Numbered from the stretch's first letter, positions 1 through 10,571 are shown. The stretch: DNA of 64,000 nt from Azolla caroliniana (GCA_043228905.1 JBHGNT010000007.1:21824001-21888000); one strand, 5' to 3'. Notes: a model not told the origin generated them from the letters alone. Numbers and translations are program-made.

Positions 1-161
1 ATCCGGCTCCGTAACCGGGTACTCTTCATCCGGCTCCGTAACCGGGTACTCTTCATCCGGCTTCATGCCGGGTACTCTTCATCATACGGTTCCGTAACAG
101 CCTCCGGGCTTGCCGTCATTCATCTCCGGACATCCCATCCGGAGGGACCGAAATCCCAACA
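1..161 (-). repeat. Copia-1 3' LTR (partial)
   Basis: 161/161 identical to 4815-4975; adjacent PPT GTGAAGGGGGAGTT (162-175, minus) overlaps the pol stop codon. Confidence 0.95.
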
Positions 162-171
162 AACTCCCCCT

Positions 172-3100
172 TCACTTCGGCATGGGATGTCTCTCCAACC
201 CGATCCTCTTCCGGCATGCTTCCAGCTTGTCGGGTGTGAGCACCTTGGTCAGCATATCCGACCCGTTCTCGTCCGTGTGGATCTTCGTCAGCACGAACTC
301 CTTGTCTTCTATCCTTTCCCGGATCCAGTGGTATCTACGCTGGATGTGCTTCGTCCGGGAGTGATAGGCCGCATTCTTCGCAAGGTGGATGGCACTCTGA
401 CTGTCGCAGTAGAGTCGGTACTCCTCCTGCCGGATACCGAGCTCTCTAATGAAGTCCTTCATCCATATTATTTCCTTGCCGGCTTCAACAGCCGCCATGT
501 ACTCCGCCTCCGTGGTTGACAACGCAACCGTCTTCTGCAGCCTCGACTGCCACGAAACAGCTCCCCCTGCATAAGTCATCACATACCCTGATGTGGACCG
601 GCTGGTATCTGCATCAGCCGACATATCCGAATCGGTGAAGCCGTCGAGTTCGGGCTTACCGGAGCCGAATCGGAGGCACACGTTTGCCGTGCCCTTCAGG
701 TATCGGAGTATCCACTTGACCGCGTTCCAGTGCTCTTTGCCGGGATTGCTCATGTACCGGCTCACTACTCCAACTGCATATCCGATGTCCGGTCTCGTAC
801 ACACCATGGCGTACATCAAGCTCCCGACGGCTGAGGCATACGGTACTTTCATCATATCCTCCTTTTCAGCCTTTGTCTTGGGACTTTGCTTGCTGGTCAG
901 CTTGCAGTTTGCCGGGAGGGTCGATCCGACCGGTCTTGCTTCCGACATGTTGAACCGGTGAAGCACCTTCGTCACGTACTTCTCCTGTGACAGCCACAAC
1001 TGCTTCTTCTTCCGGTCCCGGATGATGTGCATCCCTAGTATTTGCCTCGCCGGACCCAGGTCCTTCATTGAGAAGGTTCGGTGAAGAGCCTTCTTCAGCA
1101 TCCGTATCTTGACCTGGTCCCGTCCGACGATCAACATGTCGTCCACGTACAGGAGGAGTATTAGAGAGTCTCCTCCTTCGAACTTCTTCACAAACACGCA
1201 GTGGTCGGACTGCGTTTTGTGGTACCCTTCGTCGGTCATGAAGGAGTCAAACTTCCGGTACCATTGCCGGGGAGCCTGCTTCAGTCCGTAAAGGCTCTTC
1301 TTCAACCGGCATACCAGGTGCTCCTTCCCTTTCTTCTCGAATCCTTCCGGTTGCTGCATGTAGATCTCTTCTTCGAGGTCACCGTGAAGGAATGCCGTCT
1401 TCACGTCCATCTGTTCTACCTCGAGGTCCATGCTTGCCGCTATGCTCAGCACCGTCCGGATGGAGGTCATCTTCACTACCGGGGCAAATATCTCGTCGAA
1501 GTCGACGCCCTTCTTTTGCTGAAACCCCTTCACCACGATCCTGGCTTTGTATCTCGGGGGGTTTCCGGCATCTCCCGGTTTCAGCTTAAACACCCACTTG
1601 TTTCGAAGTGCCCGCTTACCTTTCGGCAACTCCACAAGTTCATATGTGTGGTTCTCATGCAGGGAATCCATCTCCTCCTGCATGGCACTTAACCACCTGC
1701 GACTATGGTTGTCAAGCTTTGCTTCTTCAAAACTTTCCGGCTCCCCCTCGTCGGTTAGCAGCACGTGCTCTGGTTCCGGAAATCTCCGGGGGGCCCTTCT
1801 CTCTCTTAGAGGATATCTCCGTTCCGGAGCTTCGGTAACCGGTTCTTCCGATTCTTCTTCATCCGAATCCATTTCGGGATCGGGGCCGGTTCCGGTATCA
1901 TTTTCATCTTCTTCGGCCGGTTCTGTTTCTTCGCCGTCTTCGGCCGGATCTTCGAGTGTTAACCGGTCCCTTGCCGGTCGGGACTGCTCTTCGTAGAGTC
2001 GATCCTCACCGGTCGACTTGGAGCTCTTCATCTTCTTCTCCGACTCCCAGTCGGCGAGTGTCTTGTCCTCCATGAAGATGATATCTCGACTCCTGAATAT
2101 CTTCTTGTCGACCGGGTCCCATACTCGGTAGCCGAACTCGTCATCGCCGTAACCGAGGAATATGCATGGCCGGGTCTTTGGATCTAGCTTTCCTCTCCGG
2201 TCCTTTGCCACATGCACGTATGCGAGACACCCGAACACCTTCAGATGCCGGTAGGACACTTCCTTACCGGTCCACACTCTCTGCGGCGTGTCTCCGTCCA
2301 AAGGTACTGAGGGTGATCGGTTTATCACATATGTCGCCGTAGACATTGCCTCAGCCCAAAACCCCTTGGGTAATTTCGCATGCGCCAGCATACTCCGAAC
2401 CCTCTCCATTATGGTCCGGTTCATCCTCTCGGCCAGCCCGTTCAGTTCCGGTGTCTTCGGCACAGTAAACTCGAGCCGGATTCCCTTCGAGCGACAGTAC
2501 TCCTGGAACTGCCCCCGGTATTCCCCTCCGTTATCCGCTCGTATCGCTTTCAGCTTCTTGCCGGATTCTCTTTCCACTCTCGCGTGGAGTTCTTTGAAGA
2601 CGGACAATACTTGGTCCTTTGTCTTCAACGGTGCCGTCCACAGTCTTCGGCTGTGATCATCTATGAATGTTACGAAGTACTGGGCTCCGCCATGTGACTT
2701 CGTTTCTACCTGACACACATCGGTGTGCACCAACTCCAATGGTGCGCTACGTCTCGTCGGTGGCCTTGAGTGGAAGGAGGTTCGGTTCTGCTTACCGGCC
2801 AGGCAATCGGTGCACTTCTCCAGGTGCACATGCTTCACTGGGATAAGGTTGTCTTCTGCAAGCCTCTTCATCCCCTTCTCACTCATGTGGCACAGTCTCT
2901 TGTGCCACAGCTCACCGGCAGTGTCGGCTGCCACGTTCAGCTCCTCCGGACATAGCCGGGAATTCATCAGGTACAGCGTGTTGACCTTCCGGGCCCGAGC
3001 CACTATCAGGCTCCCTTTGCTGAACTTCATAACACCGTTCCGGATGCTACCCGTGTAGCCTTCATCGTCTAGCCTCCCGGCCGAAATCAGGTTCAATCGA

Positions 3101-4245
3101 ACCTCCGGAACGTGTCGGACATCCTTCAGCAGCATCTTGCATCCGGTTGATGTCATCAGCCACACGTCTCCTATGCCGGCAATCCGGCATGTACCTTCAT
3201 TTCCCATCCGGACACAGCCGTGCTCACCGGCTATGTAGGATGAGAAGTATTTCTTCTCCGGGGTCAGGTGGAACGACGCTCCGGAATCGACCACCCAGGT
3301 CATCTCTTCACCGGCAAGGTTCAGCTCCCTCTCTTCGGTAATGAGCATTATCTCTTCATCACTTGCCGCGAGTGCCGTCGTTCCTTTCCGGTCCTGCCCT
3401 CGCCGATCCGGACCTCTCCGGTCCGTGGCTCCCCGGTATGCACCGTTTCGCTCCGGTGACTTCTTCGAATCGGTGTCGTCGGCTCCGTAGTCCTTTCGGT
3501 AATGCCGACAATTCTTCCGGAAGTGCCCCGGCTTCCCACAGTGGAAGCATGTGGGTCTTCCTCTTGACTGCGACCGGGTCCCCGACTTCTCCCGTCTTTG
3601 CGGACTCCGGTTCGATTGTCTTCCCCGTTCCGATTCGGTAAGCAGCGCCTTTGAGTCGGAGGCCGGTTCCTTATCTCTCCGACGCGCTTCTTCGTTCAAA
3701 ATACTTGTCTTTACCGTTTGTAGGGACAAGTTATCTTCGGTGCAGGAGGTGCTCAGAGTTACCACCAAGTTTTCCCAGCTTTCCGGCAATGTACACATCA
3801 GTATGATGGCTTGCATTGCATCCTCCAGCGGGAACTTGATCGCCGCAAGCTGGTTCACGAATCCCATGAACGTGCTTACGTGTTCCACCATACTCTCGCC
3901 GTCCCGGTACTTGAGATTCACAATCTTCCTCATCAGGGAGGTCCGGTTCAACGCATTCTTCCTCTCGTAGAGGCCCGACAGCTTCTTCCACATCTCATAT
4001 GCGTTGGTGTCATTCGCCACATGTTGTAGGACGCTTACATCGACATATTGTCGGATCGTCGCTACGGCTTTCCGGTTCAGGAGCTTCCACTCCGACTCAA
4101 GTACTCCCTTCGGTATTTCCGACCTGTCAATCGGTTCGTACAGGTCCCGAACAATCAGAAGATCCTCCATCTTGATCTTCCAGTCGGCGTAATTCTGTGC
4201 ATTCAGCACCATCATTCCCGGCTGCCCGCTGCCGCCGCCTTCCAT
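172..4245 (-). CDS. Copia-1 Gag-Pol polyprotein (~1357 aa from ATG 4245)
   Basis: Zinc knuckle CFHCGKPGHFRKNC, protease WVVDSGAS, GAG-pre-integrase WHKRLCH, integrase (HTDVC, RADNGGEY, NGLAER), RT YVDDM, RNase H (FTDSD, EAEY, RTKHI); no stops. The ORF track start at 4374 lies inside the LTR. Confidence 0.95.
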   Translation of the reverse strand: MEGGGSGQPGMMVLNAQNYADWKIKMEDLLIVRDLYEPIDRSEIPKGVLESEWKLLNRKAVATIRQYVDVSVLQHVANDTNAYEMWKKLSGLYERKNALNRTSLMRKIVNLKYRDGESMVEHVSTFMGFVNQLAAIKFPLEDAMQAIILMCTLPESWENLVVTLSTSCTEDNLSLQTVKTSILNEEARRRDKEPASDSKALLTESERGRQSNRSPQRREKSGTRSQSRGRPTCFHCGKPGHFRKNCRHYRKDYGADDTDSKKSPERNGAYRGATDRRGPDRRGQDRKGTTALAASDEEIMLITEERELNLAGEEMTWVVDSGASFHLTPEKKYFSSYIAGEHGCVRMGNEGTCRIAGIGDVWLMTSTGCKMLLKDVRHVPEVRLNLISAGRLDDEGYTGSIRNGVMKFSKGSLIVARARKVNTLYLMNSRLCPEELNVAADTAGELWHKRLCHMSEKGMKRLAEDNLIPVKHVHLEKCTDCLAGKQNRTSFHSRPPTRRSAPLELVHTDVCQVETKSHGGAQYFVTFIDDHSRRLWTAPLKTKDQVLSVFKELHARVERESGKKLKAIRADNGGEYRGQFQEYCRSKGIRLEFTVPKTPELNGLAERMNRTIMERVRSMLAHAKLPKGFWAEAMSTATYVINRSPSVPLDGDTPQRVWTGKEVSYRHLKVFGCLAYVHVAKDRRGKLDPKTRPCIFLGYGDDEFGYRVWDPVDKKIFRSRDIIFMEDKTLADWESEKKMKSSKSTGEDRLYEEQSRPARDRLTLEDPAEDGEETEPAEEDENDTGTGPDPEMDSDEEESEEPVTEAPERRYPLRERRAPRRFPEPEHVLLTDEGEPESFEEAKLDNHSRRWLSAMQEEMDSLHENHTYELVELPKGKRALRNKWVFKLKPGDAGNPPRYKARIVVKGFQQKKGVDFDEIFAPVVKMTSIRTVLSIAASMDLEVEQMDVKTAFLHGDLEEEIYMQQPEGFEKKGKEHLVCRLKKSLYGLKQAPRQWYRKFDSFMTDEGYHKTQSDHCVFVKKFEGGDSLILLLYVDDMLIVGRDQVKIRMLKKALHRTFSMKDLGPARQILGMHIIRDRKKKQLWLSQEKYVTKVLHRFNMSEARPVGSTLPANCKLTSKQSPKTKAEKEDMMKVPYASAVGSLMYAMVCTRPDIGYAVGVVSRYMSNPGKEHWNAVKWILRYLKGTANVCLRFGSGKPELDGFTDSDMSADADTSRSTSGYVMTYAGGAVSWQSRLQKTVALSTTEAEYMAAVEAGKEIIWMKDFIRELGIRQEEYRLYCDSQSAIHLAKNAAYHSRTKHIQRRYHWIRERIEDKEFVLTKIHTDENGSDMLTKVLTPDKLEACRKRIGLERHPMPK

Positions 4246-4260
4246 TTTCTGCAGCAGTTC

Positions 4261-4272
4261 GCTCTGATACCA
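4261..4272 (-). other. Copia-1 primer binding site (tRNA-iMet)
   Basis: Minus strand TGGTATCAGAGC, 3 nt after the LTR end. Confidence 0.95.
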
Positions 4273-4275
4273 GTT

Positions 4276-4975
4276 TGTTGGGAATCCACGCTTCGATTCA
4301 CCTTCTTCTTCCCGGCCACAACCGAGTAATCGCGATTCAATGCAGCAGAAAATAGGAAATACAGAGAAAGACACGATACACAGGGATTAACGTGGAAAAC
4401 CCTATACGGGAAAAACCACGGGAGTGCAAGACTCCAACTATCACTATGAACAGGGATGTACAATGGTGAAGCTACAAGGCAACAACCTTGTGCTCACTGT
4501 CTTCGCCACAGGCGGCGGCAATACACAGAGGCAACGACCTCTTCCTTACTCTTCCTCTCTCACTCTCTCTCGGCCGCTCTCACTTCGCTTCCTCTCAGTG
4601 GAAAACAGAAAATGAGCAACAACATAAACTGTTTGCCCTAAGTCATATTTATACACGTATGACTTTCGGGCTATTTACAAATATAGCCTCAAGGGCCCTT
4701 AGCAAACATATTCACAAATATGTCCCCGCATCCGGATCTCTCTCCGGGTACATACGTCATCCGGCTCCGTAACCGGGGTCTTCAGCATCCGGCTCTGTAA
4801 CCGGGGTCTTCAGCATCCGGCTCCGTAACCGGGTACTCTTCATCCGGCTCCGTAACCGGGTACTCTTCATCCGGCTTCATGCCGGGTACTCTTCATCATA
4901 CGGTTCCGTAACAGCCTCCGGGCTTGCCGTCATTCATCTCCGGACATCCCATCCGGAGGGACCGAAATCCCAACA
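4276..4975 (-). repeat. Copia-1 5' LTR (700 bp)
   Basis: TG...CA termini with 8-bp inverted repeat; minus-strand TATAAAT near 4650; U3 tandem repeats. Confidence 0.93.
4758..4900. repeat. 27-28 bp tandem repeat in Copia-1 U3
   Basis: About 5 units of CATCCGGCTCCGTAACCGGG(TACTCTT/GTCTTCAG); the same units occur at 1-80. Confidence 0.9.
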
Positions 4976-6054
4976 ATATACACATATGTTTACTTATCAC
5001 ATATATACGATCAAATACGTATATATGTGACCACATATGCCTATATTAAACATATCGTTATATTAAATAGCCACAAATGATGTGATCGAGATACGTAATC
5101 GAGGTATATACCTCTACGCACACGAAACATCCACAAATAAGAGATCATCGTAATACGCAATGGAGGTATTGACCTCTTACGCATACGAGACCAAACGCAT
5201 ATCGTTTACAACAAATCAAGGTATTAAACTCATATGCAAACGTAACATATGTTCGTGAACGTAATACGTAATTGAGGTATTAACCTCGTACGCATACGAC
5301 ACTCATCACATATTATTAATATGTCAAACGAGGTATTGACCTCGTGCACATATGTAAACGTTTTAGATAATCAATTAAAGACCACTACAACATCATTGAC
5401 TTAATGAAAAAAAATTACATATAAACTAAACACATGATTAGATGGGAGAAGAGAGAATAGAAAGAAAATTATGGAAAGAGTTACCGAAGTTCTTTGTTGA
5501 TCGTTGTCTGGATCAAGGCCAACCGCACAACGATCGATCAGCATCAATCAAAAGACAAATGAAAAACAAAGAAACATTAGTACAAAAATCTGATACCAAA
5601 GATTATAGATCATAATACTAATGTAAGCTTAAGATAAGGATAATGAAAAGATAGATAGAAAGGAGAAAGAGAAAGAAGGGTGCCGATCCACCCGACCACC
5701 CCCGAGCGAAGGGATCGAGACGGACTCGAGCCTCGATCGGCGTCCCATACCACCGCCGTGGCGTCGAGTCGTACCTGGTGCTGGCGCGCTTGCTACAAGA
5801 GTTGACCCACCACACGAGCAGAGTCTCGATGTAGTCAAAAGATGATCAAATGAGGGTAGCTAGGCCTCTTATTTATAGCGATACCCAAGGCCCCCAGGCA
5901 AGTTCACACTTGACCTAATGGGTTGTCTCAATCCCGAGGATAAAAGTAATCCTCCCCTTCTTTACACTCTCATTTAACACTCACACTTATCCACGTGTAT
6001 AGATTACTACGGTAAATTCTTACCACGGGATATTATATGGTCATGCCCGTAACA
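4976..6054 (-). mobile_element. Older LTR element 5' end (LTR ~5600-6054, PBS, leader) into which Copia-1 inserted
   Basis: Minus-strand TGGTATCAGA at 5589-5598; minus-strand start TGTTACGGG at 6054; minus-strand CTATAAAT at 5871-5878; inner LTR end degenerate. Confidence 0.6.
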
Positions 6055-6219
6055 ATACTTTTGGATTAACTATTTATTATGAGGTAAATAAACATTAAAA
6101 AAGGGAAAAAACAAAAAACACACACAACAATGTTTGAATAACATTCGCATTTGTTTTCCAACGTAGGAAAACGAATGTTATGCTAGACGAACATGAATTT
6201 TATGTACTATGGTATTAGG

Positions 6220-6726
6220 TGTCACAATACATTGACATAAAATGCATAGTTGATGCAGACTGAACTTGCAACCTCACATCAACAAGATGTCATGCACAAC
6301 CATTTTGATATGAGCATGTATTTATATATAATGTACTTGATATAGAAATATTCTCTAGTCACATACCTTTAGAAAGTTTTAGAACCATAAGGTTTTAGAA
6401 GGTTCTAGAATACTCTCGAGAATATTCTAATGCATTTTAGTTCACATTATAAATACTTGTAACTTCCTTGGTCCCTTTGAAGGGATCCAACACAAGTTAT
6501 TGACACATCAATCTAATATTATCATTTCATGCTATATTGTCTCCTTTATCTTCATATTCGTCCTCATGCTCTCCAGTTAATCCTAACTTCCTAAGTTCAT
6601 AGTCTCGTCACTCACAACTTCTAAAGTCCTTAGTCTTGTCACTTCTAGTTCCATGTTTGTAGCCTTATCAGTCATAGCCTTGTCATCTGTGCTCCATCGT
6701 AGTCGATGGTTGGTGTGCTCGTTACA
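6220..6726 (+). mobile_element. Solo LTR with 5-bp TSD
   Basis: TGTCAC...GTTACA flanked by TTAGG (6215-6219 and 6727-6731); TATAAATA at 6448. Confidence 0.8.
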
Positions 6727-7399
6727 TTAGGGGCGAACTTTGTGAGTGGAATGCATGATTCTCAGATTTCTATTAGTTTGCATTTCCCACGTTATGCTAT
6801 ATGTAAGAATAGATTGACACATGCGTGATATTTTCAATATTCGAGAATAGAGAAATGAGCTCAATAATATTATTAAAACTATTTGTTTTGTAGAATAAAA
6901 ATTAATTAATTCACTAAAAAAAGAACAATCACTCATTAATGCATTATAAAAATATGATTAGTGTTAACTCTCATATTTACTGTCAATAAAAAAATGAGGA
7001 GTTTATGAACCTTTATTTTATTTTATTTACTTATTATTTACTAATGATTTTTTTCTTTTAATTAAATTTTTTTTTATATCATATTATAGAAATGTGATCA
7101 GTGTCAAGTCCCCTTTTAAATGTTTTTAAATGCCAAAAATAAATATTCACAACATTTATTTATTTATTTTTCCAAAATAAAGCTACTTTCCCATTAGTTA
7201 GGAAGGATTATTACAAGGAGACTATACAAGGAAGCTTATACACAAAACGGGGAATCTCCCTCAGATCAAGATCAAGAAAATGAGACTACTTACATAGTTT
7301 TTCAAACCGACTACCTAAAGTAAGTAGATACCTATACCTAAAAGCAGTGGCCTTTAGTGTCGGCCAGAATGAGTCGACTCCCGGGGCCTACATCGAAGG

Positions 7400-9128
7400 G
7401 AGGGAGGCGTGAAAGAAGGAAACAACCATCGTGGGGGCTGGTAGTTCCACCTCGGTCCACTTTCTCCTAGCGTCACCAGAGGCGTGTTTCGCCATTTCAG
7501 CCAAAAGCGCAACCGGTAGTGGCCACGTCATTAGAGTGGTTGCAAACCTCATCTAATTGCCATCGTAGGCAACTGATAAGCGCGAACCATATATCCATGA
7601 TCACTTCCTTTGGGGGTTGTACCCGATCTTGGAAAACCTTTAAGCATCGTGCTTTCCAGACATACCATAAGGTGAAGCCCGTGATCAACCTCCAAATTTC
7701 CAGGAACCTAGGGGATGCGGACAACAAGTCTCTCTCGAAGCGGATCTTTCCGATTTGCCCTCCCGTGCATACATAACACCAAGTATCCGCATTAAAGGCG
7801 TCCGTCCACCTATCAGTCGAGTGGTCAATCCATGCCGCAACACTCCACGAGGTTGTTCCAACCACTTCACATGCCGCAAGGAAGCGTGTGACTCTGTCCC
7901 ATACCTTTTGAGCTTGAGGGCAATCCCAAAGACAGTGTCTCAGAGACTCAATGGGTGAAGAGCAAAGTGGGCAACCTATCGGGCCGCCCCTTTTACCAAG
8001 CCATTCCCCAACAGGAATCACATTGTGACCAATCTGCCACCAAAAGAGCTTGATTTTTTCAGGCATGTGGAGACGCCAGAGACCCTTCCAAAAGGTAATG
8101 AGCACCTCGTCAGGGATGCCCAATGTTCACCATCCATTACGAATGGGACCATCGAGCTGCAATTGTAAAGTCTGCCCCAATTTAATGCTATATTCAAAGA
8201 AGTGGCAGAGTTTGTCACCATGTTTCCACCTGAAATCCCCTGGGTCCCATTCTAGTTCAAGTAGGGTATGAGAACCATATACCCATAACTTCCAATGGGG
8301 TTCCACCTTAGTAACATATGGGTCTGTCTTCCAAATGTTATCAACCTCCGCCACCATTCGAACCGGAAGCCAAGTGCCCCTACTTTGCCTCTCCCCAAAA
8401 AATGTATCTCTTCCCAATCGACTCACACCCTTCACCAACTTAACCATTCCAACCTCATCAAAGAGACCGAACCATGCATCTTCTCGCACATTCCCCAACG
8501 GAATCCTATCAACTGCCTCAGCTATCAGGCTCTGCATCTTCATAACTCCCTTGAGGGGAGGGAATGGGTCCTCCTGGGCTCCCCTTGGAGAAACCATGCG
8601 TCTCCAATCGTCTATAGAGTGAAGCCCTGTCTGCGCCAACTTTCCCCATGCTAGGCCCTTAAGTTGCCCTAACATCATGTCATCGCTTGTTCGCACCTGA
8701 GGATTCCAAAATAAAGGTTGTCTAGCCCATTCGAAGAGACACATGAGTGTCTCTAGGGTGTGCTTGACCAAATGTTGTCGCACATGACACCACGCCCGCA
8801 AGATGGAGTTTGTTACCCTGTCCTCCTGTTGACAAGCCATCTTGGGTTGGATTCCACTCGTGCAACACCAATTGAAGGAGATAGGCCAAGGCCTACCATA
8901 CTTGGGAGTCCCTGCTTGCAACCGATTGCGAAGTAGTACCTTCCAACACCCCTTACTTGGGAGAAGGCAACGAACCACCAATTTGGCCAGCAATGCATGG
9001 CTCTGTGTTAAGGGGTCTATGAGGCCAAGCCCCCCTTTGGCTCATGGCTGCGATAACCAACGCCATGACACTCTGGCAACAACCATTGGGTTGTCCTTAC
9101 CGGACCATATAAATCCCCTGATGGCAAC
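7400..9128 (-). pseudogene. LINE-A ORF2 C-terminal part (post-RT region and zf-RVT)
   Basis: KGGLGLID motif near 9010-9040; ORFs 8127-8993 and 7497-8123 with KIKLFWW and CPLC..ESLRHCLWDC; internal stops and frameshift. Confidence 0.85.
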
Positions 9129-9481
9129 TGTCAAGATTCGAACTCTTGACATGACCATGTTATAATCTAGTATTATGAGTTAACCAAGATATCTAGTACT
9201 AGTTATGTATGTAATTGGTCCTTATTATTTTGCTAGCATCATGTGCATAGTTGCTCCCTTGTAGTATTTACACTTGGCACATGCATGCATACCTACATGC
9301 TCTATTGTAGATTCACATGCGTGCAACAAGTATGCATGCCATGTAGTATAAATAGAGGAGTTCACCTTGAAGGAATCCAAGGTGAACAACACCCGTTATG
9401 GAGTCTTTCCTTTAGTACTATCTTCTTTCTTGTCCATTTGGTTATCTTCTTGGTTGTCTCTTGAGTTTATGATCCGTGACA
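9129..9481 (+). repeat. Gypsy 5' LTR
   Basis: TGTCA...TGACA termini; TATAAATA at 9347; direct repeat of 14066-14418. Confidence 0.96.
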
Positions 9482-9483
9482 GT

Positions 9484-9494
9484 TTGTTCACCTT
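9484..9494 (+). other. Self-priming-type primer binding site
   Basis: TTGTTCACCTT is the exact reverse complement of LTR 9379-9389 (AAGGTGAACAA); no TGG tRNA-type PBS. Confidence 0.8.
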
Positions 9495-9531
9495 CCCATC
9501 CTCATAGCTCTCCCTCTCATAAGCCATAGCT

Positions 9532-10548
9532 ATGTCCGACTCAACTAGTGAGTTAGGCCAAATAATGGTAGCCTTACGACAACTACAGCTTGAAAATGAA
9601 ACTCTTCGAAATTCTTTACAAGAACTTCAAGTCGGTACCTCCCTATCCTCACAACCCCCGAACCCTAGTCTCCCACAACAACCTAGCCTAGAGCCCGATC
9701 TTCTCCCAACATCTAGCCTAACTTCGTCACAGTTTCTTGAGCCTAAGGTTAGCCTCCCAGAAAAATTTGATGGAACGAGGTCGCGTTTCCAAGGGTTCAT
9801 CAACCAAGTTCGACTTATCATTCGGCTACAACCTCAACGTTATGAAGATGGTCTTCGACAAGTCGGCCTTGTGGGCACCCTTCTCTCCGGTCCGGCCCAA
9901 GCTTGGTTTGCACCATTGGTAGAAACCTCATCACCTTTATTGGAGGACTTTCCCGCCTTCCTCGCCGAGTTAGAGGCCACATTTGGAGAGACGGACCGAC
10001 GACGTACAACTCTTAACAAGATTTATGCACTCGAACAAGGTTCACGTGTAGCTTCGGTCTATGCTTCCGAATTTCGACAACTAGCATGTGACGTCAATTG
10101 GGATGATCAAGCTTTAGCTGATCACTTTCGGCGCGGTCTTCGAAGCAATGTCAAGAATCTTCTCTTAAACTTTCTGGAGCCCACCTCGTTATCCCAAGCG
10201 ATTTCACAAGCAGTCCATTGTGACAATCGTCTTTTCGAATTTTGCCAAGAAGAGCGCCGAACTTGGGTTCCACCTCATTCACTTCCACGCCACGCCCCGG
10301 TCATACAACCCCAAGCATCCTCACACTCGCCTACTTCGGCAAATGCTCCTGTCCCCATGGAAATTGATCAAGCCCGATTTTGGCCATTGACTGATGCCGA
10401 ACGACAATTTCGGCGGGCTAATGGCTTGTGCATGTATTGTGGCGCCTCCGGTCATGTCGTTCGCCATTGTCCTAGGAGTACTCGCCCACAATTCCATCGA
10501 GCTAACAGACCCCAACATCCGGAAAACGACATCGTTCGGTTGCAGTAG
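9532..10548 (+). CDS. Gypsy Gag (PEG10/sushi-like capsid plus zinc knuckle), 338 aa
   Basis: LPEKFDG, LSGPAQAW, PVPMEID, CMYCGASGHVVRHC. Confidence 0.92.
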   Translation: MSDSTSELGQIMVALRQLQLENETLRNSLQELQVGTSLSSQPPNPSLPQQPSLEPDLLPTSSLTSSQFLEPKVSLPEKFDGTRSRFQGFINQVRLIIRLQPQRYEDGLRQVGLVGTLLSGPAQAWFAPLVETSSPLLEDFPAFLAELEATFGETDRRRTTLNKIYALEQGSRVASVYASEFRQLACDVNWDDQALADHFRRGLRSNVKNLLLNFLEPTSLSQAISQAVHCDNRLFEFCQEERRTWVPPHSLPRHAPVIQPQASSHSPTSANAPVPMEIDQARFWPLTDAERQFRRANGLCMYCGASGHVVRHCPRSTRPQFHRANRPQHPENDIVRLQ

Positions 10549-10571
10549 GAGCCAAGCAACTGGACATCTCC
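10521..10571 (+). promoter_or_regulatory. -1 programmed ribosomal frameshift signal (gag to pol)
   Basis: G GAA AAC at 10521-10527, 6-nt spacer, 10-bp stem 10534-10543/10556-10565, loop GGAG can pair with CTCC at 10568-10571; the -1 frame is open into pol. Confidence 0.75.

Larger units (their letters stand above)
1..4975 (-). mobile_element. Ty1/copia LTR retrotransposon (Copia-1), young; 3' LTR truncated by window start
   Basis: 5' LTR 4276-4975 with TGTTGGGA/TCCCAACA termini; 1-161 identical to 4815-4975; Met-type PBS; PPT; uninterrupted gag-pol ORF in copia order PR-IN-RT-RH. Confidence 0.97.

Noticed and set aside
4246-4374. N-terminal 43 aa of the 1400-aa ORF
   Set aside because: Runs through the PBS and LTR from a non-ATG start; ATG 4245 is the likely start
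5089-5360. CRISPR-like array of spaced palindromes
   Set aside because: Spacers resemble each other, cores are degenerate, context is eukaryotic and no cas genes are present
10546-10548. Stop-codon readthrough at the gag TAG
   Set aside because: Pol is in the -1 frame, so readthrough would not reach it
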